Positions 43,560-56,900 of a stretch of DNA of 64,000 nucleotides are shown here, in pieces. How positions within the stretch are numbered: position 1 is the stretch's first letter; each line of letters begins with the position of its first letter. The notes beneath the pieces are model-generated. The model saw only the letters and a program-made list of their open reading frames with translations. It searched no databases and had not been told where the DNA came from. The stretch lies in the NCBI RefSeq assembly GCF_009914755.1, contig NC_060925.1. The stretch is one strand, 5' to 3'. This DNA is from the human T2T-CHM13v2.0 reference genome, Homo sapiens. Position numbers and translations under genes: made by a program.

Positions 43560-43925
43560 GGTTGAATGTCCAATGGGGTAGGGTCCTAGCTTGTTCATCT
43601 TTGTGATCTCTTGCAGTATTAATGTGCATACTTCATGTTAGTTCATTGTTGGTTGAAGGAATGAATGAATGCAGGATCTTTTCAATATGCTTTTTCTGAT
43701 GTTCTCCATGGATGTTTTTGGGTGTCATGTTATGTATTCTATATCGACTTCTATCGCAGTATTTACAATCCTGCTTTGCAATTTCCTAGTTACACTTTAT
43801 AAGTCTGCTATTTTCATGGCCTGGTAACTGCTAGTTCTCACCTAGACATGTGCTTTGCTAATAACTGTATATTTAGTGCCTAGCACATAGTAGATACACA
43901 GTAAATATTTGCTGAATGAAATGCA
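43560..43925 (+). mobile_element. Two L2 3'-end fragments
   Basis: ttggttgaaggaatgaatgaat (~43670) and agtgcctagcacatagtagatacacagtaaatatttgctgaatgaa (~43920). Confidence 0.75.
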
Positions 43926-44444
43926 TGTGTTTCATCCTCATATCTATCTGTAAATTTATACCTCTCTGTGAACAATAACGATAATGGATATATCCATACG
44001 TTTAACAAATGCTAATATTATTATAGAAATATGCTATTACCTGGTTAATGGTCAATGGAGGCCTCTCAGTGATGTTAGTGATTTTATTCTATTTCTCAAA
44101 TCTGCTACCACATTTTTTTGTCAGTGTCTTTGTAATTTTTAATGTCAATATGAGGTAATGTGTTCATAAGGAATTCAATGTGACTTTCTAGAAAAAGCAC
44201 TGTGGATTTGTATTTAGGAAACCAGTGTTCTTGTGTTGGGCTTGCTTTGAAAAAAGAAATTAATGTCTCTGAGATGAACATCATCATCTAAAATAATCCA
44301 ACCCTGCGAAATTTAAATAGCAACTATTCTAGAAAAAACAAACTGAATAAACATTTTTGGACTGCTATGTAATAATAGTTTACTGACTAAAAGATAACAT
44401 TCAAAGAGATACAGCCCTTGCTGGGTTCCAAATACTCTTTAGGG

Positions 44445-45063
44445 CAGTGCTATCCAATAGAACTTCCTGCAGTGAGGGAAATGCTGTATAATCTGCACTG
44501 TCCACTACGATAGACAGTAACAGGTGTGACTACGGAACATTTGAAAGGTGTATTAGTCCGTTCTCACACTGCTAAAGGCGTATTAGTCCATTCTCACACT
44601 GCTATAAAGATACTACCCGAGGCTGGGTAATTTATAAAGGAAACAGGTTTAATTGACTCACAGTTCAGCTGACTGGGGAGGCCTCAGGAAACTTATAATC
44701 ATGGCAGAAGGCAAAGAGAAGCAAGGTACCTTCACCACAAGGTGGGAGGAAGGAGAAGTGCCGAGCAAAGGGGGAAGAGTCCCTTATAGAACCATTAGAT
44801 CTGGTAAGAACTCACTCACTATCATAAGAACAGCATGGGGGAAACCAGCCCCATGATTCAGTGACCTCCACCTGGTCTCTCCCTTGACACATGGGGATTC
44901 TGGGGATTATGAGGATGACAATTTAAGATGAGATTTGGGTGGGGTCACAAAGCCTAACTATATCAAAAGGTGACTAGTACAATTGAGGAACTTACTTTTT
45001 AATTTTAATCAATTTTAATTAATAGCTACATTTGGCTAGTAGATACTGTATTAGAAAGTGCAG
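44445..45063. mobile_element. MER3 (hAT-Charlie MITE), split by an MST/THE1 LTR
   Basis: cagtgctatccaatagaacttcctgcagtgagggaaatg... and ...tgaggaact..ttttaattttaat..tagctacatttggctagt..tattagaaagtgcag. Confidence 0.85.
44549..44965 (-). mobile_element. MSTA/THE1-type MaLR solo LTR
   Basis: tgtattagtcc.ttctcacactgct...gagatttgggtggggtcacaaagcctaactatatca; 5-bp TSD aaagg at 44544-44548 and 44966-44970. Confidence 0.92.
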
Positions 45064-45068
45064 GTTTA

Positions 45069-45485
<417 letters not shown>

Positions 45486-46039
45486 TTAAATTTTAAAAGC
45501 AGTACATAGTATATATTAAAATTAATTGAGTACTCAAGTATCTGTGTGAGAGTCTTATCTTTTTAGTAGTGTATAAATGACGTTAGGTAAAGGATTTTTC
45601 CAGAACACCTAAATCTGCTTATAACACAGATTTTTACCTAAAGATTAGAAAATATGGAGGAACAGGACAAACACAATCATAACATTTTATATAGTTGGTT
45701 TATGGGATTCTAAAGGACTACGATGATCTCACAATAATGCAAATGAGTAGAGGGATTAAAAAAAAATCCTAAAGGTCAGAATCAGAAGCAAGGTACAACA
45801 TAGATGCTGGCTTAATAAAATGACAGGAGAAATAATTGTGCAAGTATATTAATACATTACAATTCTCACTATAAAATACTTTGGCAAAAATAGAGTAACA
45901 AAGTCCATGTTTAGAAATATTTTATAAAGAAAGAGGAGATGGTGAGTCAGAGCAAAGATTCAAATCAATCAAAGTTATTTTGGCCTAATAACTGTGTTCC
46001 AGAGACTGGATTGCATAATGAAGGTGAACCCCTGTTTGG

Positions 46040-46395
46040 TTAGTGTGCTATATACACTTCAGGTGTCCACATTATTCTTTGAAAGGACATCACTAAAATT
46101 GAAGAGGTAGAATGGAGGGCAACAAAACAGACTTAATATGTGAGAGATCAGAGTATTATACATGAAGAATGATTATCCAGCTCTATCAAATGTGGCTTCA
46201 AAAAAGATGACTAAGAAGAGAACTGCCAGAGGTTTGTTAGGAACAGCAAGGAAAGGCTGGATTGACAACAACCTGAAAATGAAAGGGGAAAAACGCAACT
46301 TAGGAAACACCGCCTCATTGTCAATCAAATGGAAAAGCTTCCCAAGGGAGGTTGTTGGAGTACCATTACTAAAGGTAGTCAAAAACTGATTAACT
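46040..46395 (+). mobile_element. CR1/L3 ORF2 C-terminal fossil
   Basis: KDITKIEEVEWRATK (cf. KDIDKLERVQRRATK) and KWKSFPREVVGVPLLKVVK (cf. WNxLPREVVxAPSLEVFK). Confidence 0.82.
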
Positions 46396-46569
46396 TAAAA
46401 TTTTAATCTTTCCATTGGTAAAACTTTATAAAAGAATCTAGAACCATAATGTTGATAATGGCAAACTGAGTAACTAGGTTATGGGATATACAATATATTT
46501 AAAAGAACTATAGGTTTAGTTTAGTTTTGTCCTAAACATTTGAAAGGCAAACACAGAAGAAATACAACA

Positions 46570-46800
46570 TAGAAAGGACATTGATATTGGAACTGGAAAG
46601 ACTTATATTTGAATTCTCATTCTGCCACCCCTAAAATAATACTCACAACTTGAGCTAAATTGCTTTACCTCCCTGAATCTCAGCCTTCAAAGCTGAAACC
46701 AGTTCAGGAGGTATACTTCAGTAGAACTATTTTGACATTTAATGAAATAATATATGGAAACTGCCTAGCACTGTGTCTGGGCATTCCTTTGTTTCTTATA
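46570..46800 (+). mobile_element. MIR
   Basis: ttgaattctcattctgcca...gctttacctccctgaatctcag...atatggaaactgcctagcactgtgtctgg. Confidence 0.78.
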
Positions 46801-46849
46801 AGTGTGAGCCTCAATTCAGTTGACTGTAATTTACACATACACACCAGCC

Positions 46850-47300
46850 TGAACAATTCCTTCTGATGTTTATTGAGCACAACCCTGTAAGAGGCATTCT
46901 CCTAGGTACCAGCTGTCTAAATATAGGAAGGAGGCTGCATTCTTTGCTCTCAAGGAATCATAGTCTAATCAGGGAAATAGACTTATAAACAGTGATTGCA
47001 AAAGTCAAACCATGAGAAGAGTTCTAAGCAGCCACGGACAAGTACTTTGGGAAAAGAGAAAGACAAGATTAGGAGGGAACAAGCAGGATAACATGTACTA
47101 AATAAAAAAAGAATAAACTATTTTATTTCGGTGTTAGTGGGTCCCTCTCACTTCATTAGTTTTAAGAGTTTATTTATTTACTTCTTTCACACATATTTAA
47201 TTAGCACCTACTGCAATCCAGTCTCTGGAACACAAAGATAAAAGAGATAGAATGGTACTTGCCCTCACTAAGTTTATAATCTGGTCTAAAATAAATTGGA
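46850..47300 (-). mobile_element. L2 3' fragments
   Basis: tgtttattgagcac; atatttaattagcacctactg; ttgccctcactaagtttataatct. Confidence 0.65.
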
Positions 47301-47411
47301 GAGCTGTGCTAGCCCTCATTTCAAGGTTGTCCATATAGGACATGTGGAATCCAGGGAAAATGTCATGTCATGGCCCCCATGTCTTACAATGTTAGGTTAA
47401 AAGGAGCCTCA

Positions 47412-47538
47412 GGCTAGGCACAGTGGGTCATGCCTGTAATCCCAGTGGTTCAGGAGGCCGAGGAAGGAAAATTGCTTGAGGCCAGTAGTTCCAGACCAAC
47501 CTGGGCTATATAGCAAGACCACATCTATTAAAAAAAAG
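47412..47538 (+). mobile_element. FLAM_C-like Alu monomer
   Basis: ggctaggcacagtgggtcatgcctgtaatcccag...attgcttgaggccagtagttccagacc. Confidence 0.85.
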
Positions 47539-50534
47539 TAGCCTCAAGAGCAAATCTGAAAGCCTCCATGAAAGGCAATTTACAGACTGACAGTGAGTGC
47601 ATACATGAAAACAGGGAGGGTCAGTCCTTTGTTGCCTTCCTAGTCTAGTCTTTGAAACCTCAATACTAAATAAATATTTGTTTCATAAATTAATAAATAC
47701 ATGAAAATATATAAGTTAAAAGGTTTATATTTTCATCCTGAATTGTACATTTCTAGTAATTTCTATCATAATAATTGTTCTTTTTGTGGAGGCTGACATT
47801 TCAGTTGCCCTCTTCAGAGATCTGGTATTTATGAGGAAATTCAGAGTCCTATTACGGTAAAAAGTAACTAAACATTGAGTTTACACTATATTTTCCCTTT
47901 ATCCACAGCCTGACTGAAACATTTATGTCAAAAAATATTTAATGAGCGTGAAGAAAATATTTTTCTTTTTTTGTTAAACAACTTTGCCATTTCAGATTCA
48001 AATGCCCTTCTTTGTCTTCTTGCTCAGAAAGCCATAAAAAGCAGGTAGTGCTAACAGCCATTAGAATTACCTAGCGTAGTGAAGGCCACGTAAACACTCA
48101 GCAAGATTTATTTGAGATGGCTGCATTTAATAAACCTCCCAAATCTAAGTTGAATTATCTATGGACCAAAATTGTAAAATATTCTAATAAATTGCCAGTG
48201 CTTAAAAATATATTTGTAACAGTTAAGAAGAATCCTAGTGCACTGAACAAAATGATCAAGGGGATTGATGTTATATTTGAAGAGATTCAGAGATCAAATA
48301 CAGTCTTATTAACCCTCAGGTACACTCGAGATTCTGAGTGTGTTAATTAAAAATTATATGTTGCATGTTTTTTAATTGTTAATTGATTTATTGGGTAGCC
48401 TCTATAATCTAGATTAATTTTCCTCTTGTTTCTTGTAGATATCTGTAACCATTTTAATGAGTCAACGCATGTTCCTAAAATTTTCCCCAGCACATGGCTG
48501 TAACACTTATACTTTGCTCTATTTCTCTCTTTCTGTAGCACTTTCTAATTAATTTGAATATTAATGAGTTAATGCTTGTATTTTTGGTCTCCCTAGAGAA
48601 AGAAAATAAGATTTGAACTCAATGTTGGCTTACTTATCTTTGGATTGTCTAGTAAGAAAGCAATACAGAATTGTAAACACTTTGTGAATTGTTTGGTATC
48701 ATTTGCTCATTATTTCTGAAAAGACAATCACAGATAATACTATGGGAGACAATGAAGGACTAGATGAGTTTAACACTAGGTTTTAAATAATGTCCTTTCG
48801 TTTGAAGTTAACTGGTCTGTTTAGGACTCAACCTTTGACCATATCCTTATGAGTACTCAGAACTAGTCAAATTAACTGGTCCCATTTTCTTATTCTCATA
48901 GCCACCAGGGAATATTCTTAGAGATAGAATAGAATGTAACAGGTGTTATGATCTCTACTTAGGGGCCATTGATTGTCTCAAGTCCACTTTTCCTAAGTTG
49001 CAAGAACATAAAACCTAGTGAAATATTTTAGTATTGGGATATCAGTTGTCTTTTATGATGGTTTTTGGCCAAATAAGAATATTGTCTTTTAAACTTTCTA
49101 TGGCTAAATTATAAATCACCATAATTTGACTTGTCTCCTGTAATTTAGATATCATTCTGGTAGGTAGCTAACATTAAAACGGCAAAAGCCCTTAATATAC
49201 CTATGGGGAAATGAAGTTTCTTCTCCATCCCAAGACAGCAATAAAATGCAAATAGAAAGTGCTTTCATCCTAATGCTGAATTGGAGTAAGAGGTGATAAG
49301 AAAACTTACTTGATAAGGTCCAACCACACAAAGATGATTTTCTGATATTAGATTTATTAGGGAGTTGCTGCCTAAGAGTAAAATTACGAAAGAAGAAATT
49401 AAGTACCATTTTATATATCCCTGGCAGCTAAAGTGGTTTAGAATTGTTCGTGCCTCTATCCCTAAGATAATAATCCAGTTACAATAGTATGCCTGCCTTA
49501 TATATCATTTGATTTATAAAGATCAGGCTGACAAAGAGGTGTTATGACAGAGAGTACTTTGAAAAAAATGTGTCTTCACTGTGGAAGCCCTTCTCAAGTA
49601 TAAGCAGTAAGGTCAGATTAGGATAAAAGACTAAGAATTTTGACAATGCTGGAGTTTTTCACATGAGGGTCTCCTTCGTTGATCTATGACAAGAAAGAAA
49701 ATATACTTCATCTACTGTGTGAAGTGCTTGACAAATGCTCCTAGAATGTGTTCCAAGATGGATGCATTCTCCTGTTCTATTTCTGAGTATTCTTGAGTAA
49801 AATGTATGCAACCTTATTACTTATAGCAGCTATTCAACTTTAATGGGAAAATAACTGTAATCAATATTGAGTATCAATTCTGGTTGACATTGATCCTAAC
49901 CATATGTCTTATTTTGCTTAAAAGATAGCAGTTTAATATGAAAGTCATTGTATGTTTTTCTATTTACATGTGAATATAAATAAGTGTATTTCATTTTGAA
50001 AATGTTTTTTATCTAGGCTTTCAGTGCGTTGAAGTTTCTTAGGATCCTGTAGTCTACTTCAAATTAATGTTAATCCAAGTCATTTCCCTTTACTTAAACT
50101 AACTGTGGAGATTTGTGCTCCTTAATGTCTTTATCTCACTTACATAGTTAGACCTACTTAAATTCTAATTAATTGCTTTAACTGTCTCAGATTTCAGAGT
50201 TTGAGAGAGGAATTTCATGGATGGTTTGCATGGAAAACTAAATATCACTTTATCATGTATATTTTCATTAAAATAAGTTTGTTAATATAATAATAGACAT
50301 TATTTAGTAAAATAGGTAAAATAAAGTAAATAATTTTAACTACTGCTTAAAATGTCATTCTTCATTTAATGTGTTACATGACCCTATATACTTTGAGCAT
50401 TTATATTTCTGCACTCTTTTGAATAAAGATACTTTAGAAGCTTTGAAAAGATAAGAAAATGAAATAAAAGTGATTGAACTTACTACTTATACGAGTCATT
50501 GGGGGAAATCAATGACCAAACGTTAGGCAAAAAA

Positions 50535-50690
50535 TAATTCAAGCTCTAGCTCTTCCACCTCCTAAATGTGTGACCTCAAATGAATTACTTCACTTCTATA
50601 AATCTGGGATAATATAATCTCTGTAATAGTTTTGTTGTTAGAATTAAATAAAATCATATATAAATAAAATAAAATCATATAAAGGAATAT
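50535..50690 (+). mobile_element. MIR
   Basis: ctagctcttccacctcctaaatgtgtgacctc...ttgttgttagaattaaataaaat. Confidence 0.7.
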
Positions 50691-50693
50691 CTG

Positions 50694-50724
<31 letters not shown>
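50694..50724. repeat. (CAT)n microsatellite
   Basis: Seen directly. Confidence 0.95.
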
Positions 50725-50981
50725 TCCTGTCAAATTTCATGTAGGTTCTCTTCCATTTAAGTGTGTTCTTAATATAATGCCCCTTAATATCTACCTTTTT
50801 GTATGTGGATGACTTTGGAAACTGTGATCAGATTGCTAAAAATACAATATTAGATATGTAGAAAGAATGTAGGAAAATGACAAAAAACTTGGAAGCCCTT
50901 TTTAAAAACGTGGTTCCATTCAAAGATTTTTCAGAGATAGAGATTCTGCTAAGCATTGTAACCCAGGTAGAGCTACAAATT

Positions 50982-51029
50982 CTCTCTCTGTCTCTCTCTC
51001 TCTTTTGTGTGTGTGTGTGTGTGTGTGTG
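50982..51029. repeat. (TC)n(TG)n compound microsatellite
   Basis: Seen directly. Confidence 0.93.
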
Positions 51030-52834
51030 AAGTAGGAGGAGGAAGAAGGAAAAGAGATTGGAAAATAGGAAATGATCTCTCTAACCCAGTCTACCTCACC
51101 TTTTTTCTCCCATGGGGTAATTAGGCCAAGCAGAGAAAAACAAGCTTAGATAAAAGCCAAAAGGCCAGTGTGTTACTAATTGGGTAAATAAACAGTATGT
51201 TGTAAACCTTGTTAATTTGATATCAGGATCATTCAGAATAGCATGAAATTTGAAGTAACTGCTATCCTTCAGCCCTATTAGATAAGATTTCCTCCATTAA
51301 AATCAGTCATTTAATCCAAAGTACAAAAATATATATAATTTGAGGTGGAAATTGGTTCCCAAGGGTACTTTGAGTTGCTAAATTAGTTAGATAACTTGAA
51401 GTGAATGTCACTAAGCAGCCATGAATTAGCCGTAGTGAAGGAATGATCTGTGAACCACTCTGATTACTTGTCAACAGCATAAGAGAGAGAGTGACTTAGA
51501 CTATAAAGGAAGTAACCTTTGTAGATGACTTCCTCATATTGACAAGTAATCTGAACAATTTATTGTGTTTCTTTGAAGGTTCATACATGCTTAGCTCTCA
51601 TGCAGGTTTAATGAGATACAGACATTTGATACTCAAACCCTTTTGACTCAAAATTGCCCTTCTCTTCTAATTAACTAGGTTTCATAGTATTTTTATTTGT
51701 TTTCTACTCTCCTTTTTGGCCTTAATTAAAAGGGACAGTATGATAAAATGGCTATTTTCTTTGTGCATGCACATTCCCTGATGTTTGCAAGTTTAACGTG
51801 AGCTTCCGGATAAGAGCGTGGCACATTGGGTTGGAACATGCATTAGGTTCCAGATATCAAAGTTAGCTTTAGTTTGACTTTGTGAGATTCTAAAAGCAGC
51901 TGTGCTTTGTTGCACTTGCTTAGATCCCAATAGTGATTTAGTTCTGAGGATTATATATTTGTCTTTTATGTGTCAAAAGTCTTATCCCTTGTGACTTTAC
52001 AACTCTGTTTTTGTATTTAATGTAAAAGCATGATAGCTTTGCATTGATGATTGTCAGCAGTTGCTATTTATCATCTGTAAAAAGTTTTTCTCATGGGAAG
52101 GCAGAAAATCAAATGGATTATGACTGTTTTTTTAGTTGCTTCAAGGAATCTTACATGACACAAGGCAAGAAAAAAAAGGAATTGTAAAATGATTCCTTGA
52201 CAAGTAACTTAACATTCAGATAAATCTGTGATTTTATGCACATAGCATAACTGTCATTCACCCTGACAAAATAGCATATTTTAAAATGTTATGTCAATTT
52301 GCTTGTTTGACCTCTAGGTTGCTTTACCACCTGGCCTGGTAGTTACATAGTTTTGCAGTTACTTATGTTTCTCATGAACTCATAAACTGAGTGGTTTCAT
52401 GGCACATGAAAAATGTGAAAGAAATGCAGCTAAAGGATTTTTATCCTCTTAGACTTCCATCTGATTGCTGAGATTATTATTAAATTCTGGTGACCTGTCA
52501 AAATTAGAGAAGCCAACTCATTGAAGAGATCAGTGGAATTTTAGTGATTAATTTTTATTGACCTGAAACATAAGCATACATACTATGTTACATTTGCCAA
52601 TAGAAATAATGATAATGTTGTGTGTAACAGGAATCAACTACATAGAAATTTGGAATAAGAAACATGCACACCTTATAGAACTATATGAAATGAAAATGAG
52701 AATTATGTATTAGAACTACTCATATTTACCAATAGACATGGAGTTAATAGGATTACAGGTTACCTTGAAATGTCTCTTGTCAACTAGATTTTATTTTAGA
52801 GGGGAACACGGGAACACAGAAACACAGTCTAGCC

Positions 52835-53037
52835 CAGAGTTTCTCCAAATTAACAATAGTCACATTTGCTATGGGAGGCTGTCTTGTGCATTGTAAGATG
52901 CACAGCAACCGCCCTGACCTTTATTTAGGTCCTTACCTAGATGCCAGTGGCACCACCAAATTGTGACAACCAAAAATATCTCTAAGGATTGCCATATACA
53001 TACTAGGGGCAAAACTTTTCTGGTTGAGAACCATTGT
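52835..53037. mobile_element. MER20 (hAT-Charlie)
   Basis: ggctgtcttgtgcattgtaagatg...ctagatgccagt...ttgtgacaaccaaaaatatctc...ggttgagaaccattg. Confidence 0.88.
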
Positions 53038-53835
53038 TCTGGAGGCAGGAAGGTAGGAGTTCATTATTTCTTTGAGACAAAGTTTTGAATGTATTTTTCT
53101 TGTCTTGGAATTACAACCAGCACCCTAAACAGAAGAAATGGCTCCAAGTACTTCATGTTTTAAGTTCAAGAAGTCACCATGAGTTGGGGCAAACTACTTG
53201 CCTGGAAGTCAGTTTAAAACTAGTCCCATTACAAACCCATTTGCATGCTATACCCCTAACCCCAACAGCCTATGCTCAATAGATCAATATAAAAAGAAGA
53301 CCAATAGCAGAGATAAATCTTATTTATTTTTTCTTTCTTTCTTTCTCTCTTTTTTTAAGGAGTTCAATGTTGATGGTAAAATGCTAGACTGTCTCTTTTC
53401 CTGGCAGAGAAAAGATTGCTTTATCTTCCCCTACGATGAAGGAAAGTTTTCCAAGAGAATCATTTCTAAATACAGTGTGTGACTGCAATTAGTGGAGACC
53501 AACATTCTATTCCTCAACTCTATGTTTGTTACAGGGTTGCAAAGCCCTTAATCCCACCCTCTGTCCTTCAGTGGAGTGGAATATATTGCCGTGTCTGGTG
53601 TCTGGTAGAGCATTCTGGAAACATAGATGTGATAGCACATTGTCCTTTTCAGTTCCATTTTTTATTATAAAGTAGAAAAAAAAGCTATACTTGTTAATGC
53701 ATTCTCTAAGATTTGGGGACACTTTTGAATATCAAAACCATCTAATTCTTGTCTAAGGATATCAATATCTGGAAAGTCAAGAGTCCTTACAGATATCACA
53801 ATGTTGTGTGTCTTGAAAAAGGTGGAGATAATCCC

Positions 53836-53955
53836 TGCCCCAGCTTATTGTTCCACAGCTTCCATGACTGTGAAAGTTGTTCCATATCTGTATCAACACC
53901 TGATATTATGGATTCCAGGGAGACATGGAAGCTGTGGAACAATAAGGTGGGGGCA
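53836..53955. repeat. Inverted repeat / hairpin with perfect 23-bp stem
   Basis: cttattgttccacagcttccatg (53844-53866) is the exact reverse complement of catggaagctgtggaacaataag (53924-53946). Confidence 0.95.
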
Positions 53956-56900
53956 TAGCCTAGATAGCTGCTTGCCAAGTGATGGAAAACTCATCTTGAT
54001 AAATTGCTTAGAAGCCTAGAACTTAATGATAGAGGGAGCAAAGGTAAGACCACCACATATGGAGCCTCACGTGGATCCAGAATGAACCAGAGCAAATCCA
54101 GGCACACCACTGCACCACCATATGTGACCCGACAGGCAAGGAGACCTCTTCTCCTGTCACTGCTTCCTTTCCCAAACATTGAAGCAGAAAGCTCCTACAA
54201 AGTTTAATTCTGCAGGAACATATTAATTATGTTCACATTGTTTTCCCAACTGATAAGAATCCTGTCAGGAAAGTTGCTTTGGCAATTGTCTATATTGAGC
54301 TTTGTATTAGAAAAATGTTATGTTGACAAATCTGAGGTCTACAGAACTGTCTCTCTCTTTTGATACTTTCATGACCATATGACTTGTGCTCAGCGGTTGT
54401 GTCTCTTAGTCTTCTGAATTCAGGCATGACTAGATATTCAGCTTTGGGCACAGAGAACTTTTCTTGAACCAGCCATTGGCTGATACTTTCAGTATGATAG
54501 CTTTTTTTTCTTCGTCTCTTTGAATCTTTTTTTGATATTAATTTTCCTACAGGAAAAAAAGTCTTTCTTTTCCAGCTGTATTTCCTCTTTACAGAGGACA
54601 CATATGCCATCTGTATATTGTCCATGTACTTCCTCCTTGTCTCCTTAATCTGCCATTTCCAAAATTCTGTCTCTCTCTTTATACTGATTTTGCATTACAG
54701 AAACCCAGAGAACCACCTGGTATGAGCAGAAAATCCTCTTTGGAAGAGGGCAACAAACTAAAAGTGCAGAGGTCAGAACACTCATTAGCATATAAATAAG
54801 GAAGAAATATTTGGAATAATACATTGATAATTTTCGTTCCACCCCATCTTTCCGGTGGGAATTTGTGGCCCTCGAAAAGAGAGAAACAGTATTTGAATGT
54901 ACGGCCCAGACATGCTCTCTGTTTGTAATCCATTACTCATTTCTGCCTTTTTCTATGTGGAATGTGCACGTTACCTCTCATATCTATTTGTAGCCATCCT
55001 TGGTTCAGGTCATGATAGTACCTGACTTTCACAACTTTGAGAGTAGGAAATTAGTGCCCCAGATATTCCCCTCCAACAATAATGGCTAATATTTCTTGAG
55101 TACCTACTATATGTAGACATTTAGAATTTGTGTGTATATGTGTGGACTTTTAAATGTAACATGCATATAGACAAATGGGTGAAACAATGGTACAGCTTGA
55201 TGAATGTTCACAAAATAAATCCACCCATGTTAACAACCTGTTTTATCATGTTCCTCTCCTAACACTAACACACAGTTACTATTCTCATCCCCAAATGTAA
55301 TCTTTATCCTGATTTCAAATACCATATATTAATTCTGCTTCCTTTAGAACTTTATATGAATCCAGTCATACTGTATGTACTCTTTTGTGTCTGGCTTCTT
55401 TAATTCAACATTATTATCGTGAGATTATTTTTGTTGTATGTTTATGCATTCTCATTACTGTAAAGTTTATTTATTCTATTTCTGCTATTATGACTACTAA
55501 TGTAGGACCATTCTTGTACATGATTTTTGGTGAAATATTTATTTTATATCTATACGTAGGAGATAAATTGCTGAATTATAGGGATATACTACCAAAGAGT
55601 TTTCCAAAATGGTTGTACAATTTATACTCCTAATTGAAATATATGAGAATTTAGTTGTTTCACATCTGTATCGACACTTGCTATTATGTCTTTTTTAATA
55701 CTAGCCTTTCTGGTGTTTTTTTTTTTAAATCTAGTTGTGATATTAATTTGCATATGCTTTATGACCACTGTTGTAGAGTAACCTTTTATATTTTTTGTGA
55801 CTACACCAATATTCTCTTTTCTGTCAATCAAGACTTTTGTTCAACAGTTTACTAAGATATCAGCATTTTTCATATTGATTTAAATAATTATTTTCAGGGG
55901 TGACGGATGTATGTGAATACTTTGTCAAACATATTTTAAATATCTTCTTATACTTTGTTGATGCTTTTCATTTTTTTATTGTATTGTTTAATTAAACAAT
56001 AAGTTCTCCATTTAAATATAGTTAAATTTAACACCTTCCTCCTTCCTCCATTTATGGTCATTGCATTTATGTCCTTGCCTACCTCAAGGCCAAGAATAAA
56101 TCCTTCATATTTTCTTCCAGAAGGATTCTTGTTTTCCCTTTAATTTTTAATTTTTAGTTTCACAATCCATATGGAATTGGATTTTTTGTATAGTAGGAAG
56201 TGTAGATTGACATTTGTTTTCATACATAGATCTAATTGATTCAGTACAATGTATTGAAAAGATTCAGTCTCAACTGCACCATACTATCACATTTGTAAAA
56301 TAAGTAAGTGACAGTCCCATGCAGAGTCTCTTTCTGGATTTTCTCCTTTTCCATCAGTCCATATGTCTACTCTTATTACAGTTTCTTAATTACTATTGCT
56401 TTATAATGCATCTTGATATCTGGTATGTGTGTTCGTTTTTCTTCAAACGTCTCCAGTTTTGCTCTTTTTTATGCTTGTCTTTCATCTTTTTTGCCCCTTA
56501 CCTTTCCATGTAAATTTTTTAAAAAGTTCCTTAACACTTCTTCCCCATCCTTTAAAACACACATATACACATTTTCAAAAAAAATCTATCAAGATCTTTA
56601 TTGAAATTGCAATGCATCCATTAATCAGTTTGAGAAAATTGATTTTTTAGTTAAATATTTGAGCTTCCAATCTATAAACATGATACGTTTTTCTATTTCC
56701 TTAAGTTTTCTTTAGTTTCTCTCATTAACATCATCAGTGCTTAAGTAAAGTGTGCTAAAATGTCCCACTATTATCTGGACTTTTATATTTCTCCTTTTAT
56801 ATTGGAAAATTAGTAAGGTATTTCATATCTACGTTATTAAGTGTATGCAAAGTTTTCATATTTATGTTTTCCTGGATGAATCTTTTCATCATTATGAAAT

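Noticed and set aside
47022-47045. REST/NRSE-like agcagccacggaca
   Set aside because: Half-site spacing and right half deviate from consensus
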